From positions 128,001-192,000 of the forward strand of contig OZ243938.1 in NCBI GenBank assembly GCA_965214095.1: a stretch of DNA of 64,000 nt. Direction: 5' to 3'. Numbering within the stretch: position 1 is the stretch's first letter; each line of letters starts with the position of its first letter. The stretch is from Candidatus Poribacteria bacterium. Its GTDB lineage: Bacteria > Poribacteria > WGA-4E > WGA-3G. Below, one piece after another: positions 57,038-64,000 of the stretch. A model generated the notes under the pieces. The model was given only the letters and a program-made list of their open reading frames with translations, had not been told where the DNA came from and ran no database searches. A program made the translations under genes and the position numbers.

Positions 57038-59716
57038 TCATGACTCATCCACTTTTGACTTCAGATCATATAATAAATTCACTGCATCAAGAGGTGTTAG
57101 TTGAGTGAGATCCAAGTTTCGTAATTCTTCCACAAGTGGGTGTGTTTTTGGTGTGAATAGTGCCATCTGCAGAGAATCGCTTTGCAAGGTTTTTCGTGTA
57201 ATCTGCCGTTGGGATCGTGGCATTTTCTGTGCAGATTTCTGTGGTTTCTCAGTGGATTCACCTGCTTCAACGCTGAGATTATGTTGCTCAAGAACTTCAA
57301 GAATCTGTTGTGCACGAGTGATCACTGGTTGGGGTAGACCAGCCAGTCTTGCCACGTGAATCCCATAACTCTGATCAGCACCACCTGGTACAACTTTTCG
57401 GAGAAAGGTTACTTTCTGTCCATCTTCATGCACTGCGACATTATAGTTCTTGGCACGTTTGTATTTGCTTGCCATTTCAACAAGTTCATGATAGTGGGTT
57501 GCGAATAAGGTTTTTGCCCCAATTTTTTTCTCATCTAATAGATATTCTGATACTGCCCATGCAATGCTGAGTCCATCAAATGTACTCGTCCCCCGTCCTA
57601 CCTCATCCAGAATAACAAGACTTTTTCTTGTTGCATTGTTGAGGATATTCGCGGTTTCGTTCATCTCCACGAGGAATGTGCTTTGTCCCATCACGAGATT
57701 ATCTGATGCCCCTACACGGGTGAATATCCTATCTACCAGACCGATTTTTGCTGCAGATGCAGGTACAAAGCAACCGATTTGTGCCATCAGGACAATCAGT
57801 GCTGTCTGACGCAAATAAGTACTTTTCCCACTCATATTTGGTCCAGTGATGATATGTAGTTGTTCATCATCGCAGTTCAAATTTGTATCGTTTGGGACAA
57901 AACCTTCTTGGATGTTTAATTGCTCTACTACTGGATGTCGTCCATCACGTATAATTATCTCCTCACTGTCTACTACAGTAGGTTTGACATAATTGTATTT
58001 TGAGGCACAAAATGCAAAACATGCAACAACATCAATCATTGCAATGCCTGATGAGATTTTTTGTATCTCCTCTGTATGTTCCGCTACTTGGTCACGTATT
58101 TCACAAAAGAGATCATATTCAAGTGTCTGTACCCGATCTTCTGCGTTTAGGACTTTTGCCTCCTGTTCTTTGAGTTCTGGTGTTATGAAACGTTCGGAGT
58201 TTGTTAAAGTTTGTTTCCGGAGATAATGTTCAGGTACCATGTTAAGATTTGGTTTTGTCACCTCAATATAGTAACCAAATACTTGATTAAATCCGATTTT
58301 CAATGATGAAATACCACTTCGTTTTCTTTCCTCTTCCTGTAGAGCAGCCATCCAATCTCTGCCTTGTCCAACAATCTGCCGTAATTCATCAAGTTCATCG
58401 TTATATCCGTCATTAATCATACCCCCATCACGAATAGTTGCTGGTGGGTCCGGATGAATCCCGTTTTCAATCATTTCTACTAACGATGACATTGGATTTA
58501 ATTCTGCATTATGTGATGATAATAGAGAGGATTCACAACTTTCAAGTTGTGCTTTAACATCTGGTAGCAGTGAAAGTGAATCCTTGAGTGAATGTAAATC
58601 TCGTCCATTAACTGACCCCAGACTGATACGTGTGATGAGACGTTCTATATCAGACATCTTACCCAGTGCATCACGCAATTCTTCTTGTCTGTTTATCTCA
58701 GTTTTGAGCTCATCAACCGATTCTAAACGTTCCTGTATTTCATCTTCATTTAGCAACGGTTGTAATAGACACTGTCGCACCTTTCTACCACCCATAGAGG
58801 TTACAGTCTGATCCAGCACTTCAAGCAATGTGCCTTTTTTAGAACCATCTCGGATAGATGCTGTCAGTTCGAGATTACGTTGTGTATCTGCATCCAACAC
58901 CATAAAATCTGATAAAGTGTATGTGTGTAGTGAGATGATATGTTGAACTTCCTGTTTCTGTGTTTCATGCAGATAATAGATGAGTGCACCTGCTGCACAG
59001 ATAGCAATGGGGAGATGTTCACAACCGAATCCATCAAGAGAAACAGTTTGGAAATGTTCAAGCAGTTCTGTTCTGGCAGAATCGTGGTCAAACCGCCAAT
59101 CAGGAAGATAATTAATCACAGCCTTCAGTTCAATCTTCAGTTGTTCAATCAATTCTTCATCTTCATAGGATTCTGAAAATAGAAATTCTTTCGGTGAAAA
59201 TCGGTGAATCTCTGCCAGTAGTCGTGAACGATCAGCGAGTTGCGTTACTTTGAATTCACCTGTGGAGAGATCAACAACGGCAATTCCATAAGTCTCTTTT
59301 TGGTGATAAATAGAGACAAGAAAGTTGTTAGATTTGTGTTCAAGGACTTTAGGGTCAGTGACAGTGCCGGGGGTGACGATACGGACAACATCGCGTTTTA
59401 CAAGACGGTTCTCATCGCGTGCAACTTTCGCGTCCTCTGTTTGGTCTAATATAGCAACTTTATGTCCAGCAGAAACTAATTTGTAAAGGTAAGAATCAAG
59501 TGCGTGATGTGGTATTCCTGCCATTGGTGGTGGTGGAGTTTTCTGATTCTTGTGGCTACGTTTGGTTAGCGCAATCTCAAGGAGTTGTGAGATTACCTCC
59601 GCATCCTCATAAAATGCTTCATAAAAATCACCGACACGACAAAGAAGGATAGCATCTTCATGCTGTTTTTTCACTTGTTTGTAAAGTTCCATCATTGAGA
59701 GTTCAGTCTTTGCCAT
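57038..59716 (-). CDS. mutS: DNA mismatch repair protein MutS
   Basis: Motifs GDFYE, MAGIP.H, TPGT, ITGPNMSGKSTYLRQ, STFLVEM, DEVGRGTSTFDG, ATHYHEL and SYGIHVA.LAGLP. Confidence 0.98.
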   Translation of the reverse strand: MAKTELSMMELYKQVKKQHEDAILLCRVGDFYEAFYEDAEVISQLLEIALTKRSHKNQKTPPPPMAGIPHHALDSYLYKLVSAGHKVAILDQTEDAKVARDENRLVKRDVVRIVTPGTVTDPKVLEHKSNNFLVSIYHQKETYGIAVVDLSTGEFKVTQLADRSRLLAEIHRFSPKEFLFSESYEDEELIEQLKIELKAVINYLPDWRFDHDSARTELLEHFQTVSLDGFGCEHLPIAICAAGALIYYLHETQKQEVQHIISLHTYTLSDFMVLDADTQRNLELTASIRDGSKKGTLLEVLDQTVTSMGGRKVRQCLLQPLLNEDEIQERLESVDELKTEINRQEELRDALGKMSDIERLITRISLGSVNGRDLHSLKDSLSLLPDVKAQLESCESSLLSSHNAELNPMSSLVEMIENGIHPDPPATIRDGGMINDGYNDELDELRQIVGQGRDWMAALQEEERKRSGISSLKIGFNQVFGYYIEVTKPNLNMVPEHYLRKQTLTNSERFITPELKEQEAKVLNAEDRVQTLEYDLFCEIRDQVAEHTEEIQKISSGIAMIDVVACFAFCASKYNYVKPTVVDSEEIIIRDGRHPVVEQLNIQEGFVPNDTNLNCDDEQLHIITGPNMSGKSTYLRQTALIVLMAQIGCFVPASAAKIGLVDRIFTRVGASDNLVMGQSTFLVEMNETANILNNATRKSLVILDEVGRGTSTFDGLSIAWAVSEYLLDEKKIGAKTLFATHYHELVEMASKYKRAKNYNVAVHEDGQKVTFLRKVVPGGADQSYGIHVARLAGLPQPVITRAQQILEVLEQHNLSVEAGESTEKPQKSAQKMPRSQRQITRKTLQSDSLQMALFTPKTHPLVEELRNLDLTQLTPLDAVNLLYDLKSKVDES

Positions 59717-59773
59717 GTGGATGTCCTTGTTTGTTGTCTGAGATAATTTTCTGTAATATTTAATTGTCTTTAT

Positions 59774-59802
59774 ATCTTATCATAGACATTTCAATATGTC
59801 AA
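59774..59802 (-). promoter_or_regulatory. Putative sigma70 promoter of mutS
   Basis: Minus-strand TTGACA-N17-TAAGAT with an extended -10 TG. Confidence 0.6.
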
Positions 59803-59990
59803 ATATTATGTCTATGTAGAGACAACCAAATGCCACCAAGGTGCATTGTTAGCGTGATTTCTAAGCACGATATTCAAATCTCAGCAGTTCATTGGCACTG
59901 AAATTTTCAATAATCTGCAATGTGATATTTTGATATAATATGATAATAACTATCTTTATGAACTTACTGAAAATTTGAAAGGAGGATATT

Positions 59991-61025
59991 ATGAACAACT
60001 ATAGAACAGCCATCGTTGGGGGAAGACGTGGTGTGCATCACGCAAAGTGTTATGAAGGTATTGAAAACATGAAGGTCATCGCAATCTGTGAAATTGATCA
60101 GAATAGACTCAAGAATGCTGCGAATGAATTGAATGTTACGGGATATACAGATTACGAAGAGATGTTAAAGACTGAAAAACCTGACATTGTTCATGCGGTT
60201 ACAGTTCCAACAGTGCCGCGGCATATATGGGTTGAACCTGCGGCGGATGCAGGCGTTAAAGCTTTAGTCATAGAAAAACCGATTGCACTTAGACCTCGTG
60301 ATTCTGAACTACTTGCTGCAGCACATGAGAAAACAGGCATAAAAATCATTGTCAATCATCAACGTAGATATCTACCTTTTGCTGAAAAACTGCTGGAATT
60401 TTTTGAGGAAGATAGTCTTGGAGATATCCATTTTATCCGTGCTTGCTCAGAATGTATGATCACGGATATGGTGACGCATTTAATGGATCTTGTGCTATTT
60501 GCTCTAAAAGATATACCTATTACACATGTATGGGGAGCGGTTCAAGGTGGTGAAACATATCAAGATCCGATTCTTGATTGTCCTGATGATATGATTGCTC
60601 AATATACGTTTGAAAATGGGGCGCGAGTATTTTTTGAATCTGCCAGAAAAGCGTTTGGCACTTCTGACTTTCCCGGTAGCAATCCTCGTTGTAACATTGA
60701 TTTATGGGCAACGAAAGGTCGTATGTGGTGGCGTGAAAATGGGTCATGGGGGTATCATCTTGAAGGTATGTCGCATCCGTTTGAAGAAGCAACCAATTTT
60801 GGCATTGATGATCGATATGGACAGCGTGCATTTACACAAGCCGTTGCTACATGGTTAGATGATGAAAATCAACCCCATCTAAATCGGATTGAATATGCAT
60901 TATTAGGTTTTGATTTGATTATGGCTGCCTATCGTTCAGCACTCATAGGTGAAAGAATTGCATATCCACCGAAACTCTCTGATGAGGAATGGGTTGAGCT
61001 GAAGAAACGTTTGACAGGAAAATAA
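59991..61025 (+). CDS. Gfo/Idh/MocA family oxidoreductase
   Basis: AAGGAGG RBS; TAIVGG, IEKPIA, NHQRR and TH.MD motifs. Confidence 0.88.
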   Translation: MNNYRTAIVGGRRGVHHAKCYEGIENMKVIAICEIDQNRLKNAANELNVTGYTDYEEMLKTEKPDIVHAVTVPTVPRHIWVEPAADAGVKALVIEKPIALRPRDSELLAAAHEKTGIKIIVNHQRRYLPFAEKLLEFFEEDSLGDIHFIRACSECMITDMVTHLMDLVLFALKDIPITHVWGAVQGGETYQDPILDCPDDMIAQYTFENGARVFFESARKAFGTSDFPGSNPRCNIDLWATKGRMWWRENGSWGYHLEGMSHPFEEATNFGIDDRYGQRAFTQAVATWLDDENQPHLNRIEYALLGFDLIMAAYRSALIGERIAYPPKLSDEEWVELKKRLTGK

Positions 61026-61123
61026 TGTAATTGTCTGAACCAGAAAGAGGCGGCACGGAGACCCCGCCTACAATGATTAGTCGGATGTTAGTATATACTT
61101 TTACATACAATACTTTTTCTAAT

Positions 61124-61152
61124 TTGACAGAAAAAATCTTAATTGCTATAAT
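61124..61152 (+). promoter_or_regulatory. Consensus sigma70 promoter
   Basis: TTGACA-N17-TATAAT with an extended -10 TG. Confidence 0.85.
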
Positions 61153-61182
61153 GCCGACAGATATTACCTTTAGGAGAGATAT

Positions 61183-61995
61183 ATGCTTACCCAAATACAG
61201 GTGGATACTTTTCTTGAAAAAGGCTTTCTTCTCGGGAACCGTGTCCTCTCTGATGAACAAGTTGAAGAATTGCGTGACGAGTTAGCGCGCGTTATTGATG
61301 ACTACGAAAAACCTGATGTCAAACAACCCGTACGTATTACGAACCTTGGTAGACAGGTAAAAAATCCTGTCATGCAAATTGTTAATATATGGGAGGCAAG
61401 TACAGCCTACCACAAACTGGTATATAATCCCACCATTGTGGAAGAAATCGGGCAGCTTACTTCAGCAACAGAACTACGTGTATGGCACGACCAGATTCAA
61501 TACAAACCGCCAGAGATCGGAGGCAAAAATGGGTGGCATCAGGATTCACCACTGTGGGGAATACTTATGCCGAAAACAAGCCAAGTAACAGCGTGGGTCG
61601 CATTAGACGATATTGATGAAGGCAATGGATGTATGCGGATGGTACCAGGGTCATATAAATGGGGACCGCAAATGAAGTTCTTGGGTTCTGTCGGAGACAT
61701 CCACAAAATGCACGACAAGTTTGAAGATAACGATCTGTCGGTCGAACTTTGCCCAGTGCCAAAAGGACATGTGCATTTCCACCATTCACTGACATGGCAC
61801 GGTTCGCATGACAACACGAGTGGCGGACCGAGACGCGCGATAGCAGTTCATTATATGACAAACGAAACCATATATCATGAGGAAGGAAATCATCTCATGA
61901 AACCTTTTGTTACAGTCAATGATGGAGATGTATTGTCTGGGGATCATTTCCCGATTGTGATGGAATCTGGCAAGCCGACAAATCCAACTGCGTAA
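61183..61995 (+). CDS. Phytanoyl-CoA dioxygenase (PhyH) family protein
   Basis: Motifs WHQD, WVALDD...NGCM..VPGS, TWHGS..N and RRA. Confidence 0.92.
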   Translation: MLTQIQVDTFLEKGFLLGNRVLSDEQVEELRDELARVIDDYEKPDVKQPVRITNLGRQVKNPVMQIVNIWEASTAYHKLVYNPTIVEEIGQLTSATELRVWHDQIQYKPPEIGGKNGWHQDSPLWGILMPKTSQVTAWVALDDIDEGNGCMRMVPGSYKWGPQMKFLGSVGDIHKMHDKFEDNDLSVELCPVPKGHVHFHHSLTWHGSHDNTSGGPRRAIAVHYMTNETIYHEEGNHLMKPFVTVNDGDVLSGDHFPIVMESGKPTNPTA

Positions 61996-62050
61996 AATGC
62001 AGTCATATTCAAAGACATAACATAAGAATCAAAGCTTTTAGGAGACCAAC

Positions 62051-62857
62051 ATGCTAAACCAATCCCAAGTTGACTCTTTTCGTGAGAAGGGGTTTCTCCT
62101 TGGCAGTCATGTCATAAATGATGAAGAGGTTGAGGAATTGCGCTTAGAATTGGCGCGTGTGATTGATGACTACCAAAAAGAGGATATACCTCAACCTGTT
62201 CATATTGCAAACCTCGGTGGTAGGGAGGAAACTCCTGTCTGGCAAATAGTCAATATTTGGGAAGCAAGTCCAGCATACCAAAAACTCATACATAATCCCA
62301 TTGTCATAGAAGAAATTGGACAACTCACCGATGCTACAGAGGTGCGTGTCTGGCACGATCAAATACAATATAAACCAGCAGAAATTGGTGGTGTAAATAT
62401 GTGGCATCAGGACTCTCCTTACTGGCCAATTCTGACTCCAAAAACAAGTCAGGTAACTGCGTGGGTCGCGTTGGACGATGTAGATGAAGGCAATGGCTGT
62501 ATGCGGATGGTTCCAGGGTCATGTCATTGGGGTAACCAGATTCCGTTTTTACATGCTGTCAAAGATATTCATTCTATGCCTGACAAATTTGAGGAATACG
62601 AACTGGAAGTTGAACTTTGCCCCGTACCAAAGGGATATGTGCATTACCATCATTCGTTGACATGGCACGGTTCCCACGACAACAGCAGTGGACTACCAAG
62701 ACGTGCTATTGCCGTTCACTATATGACCAGTGAAACATTATACGATGAAAGTGGTAATCATGTTATGAAACGGTTTGTCACTGTCAATGATGGTGAAAAA
62801 CTATCAGGAGACCATTTTCCGCTTGTCATGGACGCAGGAAATCCAACCAACCCGTAG
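62051..62857 (+). CDS. Phytanoyl-CoA dioxygenase (PhyH) family protein, tandem paralog
   Basis: Same motifs, colinear with the upstream gene. Confidence 0.92.
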   Translation: MLNQSQVDSFREKGFLLGSHVINDEEVEELRLELARVIDDYQKEDIPQPVHIANLGGREETPVWQIVNIWEASPAYQKLIHNPIVIEEIGQLTDATEVRVWHDQIQYKPAEIGGVNMWHQDSPYWPILTPKTSQVTAWVALDDVDEGNGCMRMVPGSCHWGNQIPFLHAVKDIHSMPDKFEEYELEVELCPVPKGYVHYHHSLTWHGSHDNSSGLPRRAIAVHYMTSETLYDESGNHVMKRFVTVNDGEKLSGDHFPLVMDAGNPTNP

Positions 62858-62882
62858 GGTACGGACACCTTAGGAGAAATAT

Positions 62883-64000
62883 ATGAAAGTTGTTGATGCG
62901 ATAGCCAAGGTCCTAAAGACTGAGGGTGTAGAATATCTATTCGCATATCCGGTTAACCATATTATTGAAGCAGCTGCCAAGCTTGATATCCGTCCTATAA
63001 TAGTTCGTCAGGAACGCATAGGATTACACATGGCAGATGCTTTGAGCCGCATGACATCTGGACAAAAGATAGGTGTATTCTGTATGCAGAGTGGTCCTGG
63101 TTCAGAAAATGCCTTCGGTGGTGTAGCACAAGCCTATGGAGATTCCGCGCCGATAGTTGTTCTACCGATGGGATATGCAAGGACATTATCACAGATTCAA
63201 CCTAACTTCAGTTCTGCATTGAACTATAAACATGTGACAAAGTCATGTGAACAACTTACGATTCCAGAAGCATTGCCAGAAGTGATGCGGCGTGCATTTA
63301 CGCAAGTGCGAAACGGTAGACCGAGACCCGCACTTGTAGAAATACCGGCTGATCTCATGATGCAAGATATTCCCGAACCTTTTGATCCGACACCTGTTCC
63401 AATAGTACGATACGGTCCAAGTAGTGCAGAAATTGATTCTGTTGCAGAAACGTTGTTGAATGCTGAGTGTCCAGTAATCTATGCCGGACAAGGTGTCCAC
63501 TATGCACAAGCATGGGAGAAACTAAGAGAACTCGCTGAACTTCTCGCTGCACCTGTGACAACCAGTTTGGGTGGAAAAAGTGCTTTTCCTGAAACCCATC
63601 CGTTAGCACTCGGTTCTGGTGGTCGTTCTATTCCAAAACCGGTTCACGATTTTCTTCAAAAGAGTGATCTGCTGTTCGGTATTGGTTGTAGTTTTAGTAG
63701 AACACATTTCGGCGTTTCAATCCCTGAAGGAAAACGTGTTATCCATGCAACATTAGATCCAGCTGACATCAATAAAGATGTGCCAGTTGAATCTGCCCTT
63801 GTCGGAGATGCAGGATTGATCTTAGATGGTTTAGTTGAGGCTGTTAGGGACCGTTCAAATGGTGCATCCGAAAGCAAAACAACAGAAGTTGCAAATGAAA
63901 TTAGCACTATTAAAGCAGAATGGCTTCAACAGTGGAAGCCAAAACTCACATCAGACGAAACACCAATGACACCTTATCGTGTAATTTGGGATCTGTTACA
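62883..64000 (+). CDS. Thiamine diphosphate-dependent enzyme (acetolactate synthase-like family), 3'-truncated by the window edge
   Basis: Not in the ORF track because there is no stop in the window. AGGAGA RBS, then MKVVDAIAKVLKTEGVEYLFAYP...RQERIGLHMADA..R...GPGSEN...GRPRPALVEIP.D...YAGQGV. Confidence 0.9.
   Translation, partial: MKVVDAIAKVLKTEGVEYLFAYPVNHIIEAAAKLDIRPIIVRQERIGLHMADALSRMTSGQKIGVFCMQSGPGSENAFGGVAQAYGDSAPIVVLPMGYARTLSQIQPNFSSALNYKHVTKSCEQLTIPEALPEVMRRAFTQVRNGRPRPALVEIPADLMMQDIPEPFDPTPVPIVRYGPSSAEIDSVAETLLNAECPVIYAGQGVHYAQAWEKLRELAELLAAPVTTSLGGKSAFPETHPLALGSGGRSIPKPVHDFLQKSDLLFGIGCSFSRTHFGVSIPEGKRVIHATLDPADINKDVPVESALVGDAGLILDGLVEAVRDRSNGASESKTTEVANEISTIKAEWLQQWKPKLTSDETPMTPYRVIWDLL

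Noticed and set aside
62758-63907. Several short minus-strand ORFs
   Set aside because: They are antisense to the ThDP enzyme gene that starts at 62883.

Overview
Bacterial chromosomal window with two halves. The gene content (giant cadherin/LRR proteins ending in a YPNPFNPETW..RKMLIRK tail, several PhyH and Gfo/Idh/MocA paralogs, GTAG-type REPs) resembles Candidatus Poribacteria; this is inferred from recalled family patterns, not from a search. Positions ~0.7-36 kb are a minus-strand tandem array of four giant paralogous secreted proteins (2300-3460 aa). They share N-terminal cap-LRR-Ig modules, a stalk of about 10-18 cadherin repeats, a paralog-specific LRR head and a T9SS-CTD/FlgD-Ig-like tail. 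One copy is frameshifted, a smaller cadherin pseudogene and a CTD relic lie inside the array, and the copies show recent sequence exchange. A 1167-aa protein resembling a degenerate primase-helicase with a C-terminal wHTH is transcribed divergently from the array. Positions 40-64 kb are mostly housekeeping and catabolic genes: oxidoreductases, PhyH dioxygenases, an enolase-superfamily enzyme, argD, ispE, tRNA-Gln, rplY, amidase, GerMN, pth, mutS and a ThDP enzyme. An IS200/IS605-type IsrB element with its omega RNA sits exactly between the argD stop codon and the next start codon. Also notable are an unannotated structured RNA upstream of tRNA-Gln, a FAIM-like small protein and an HxG-type 2OG oxygenase. 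No CRISPR array, rRNA or reverse transcriptase was seen.
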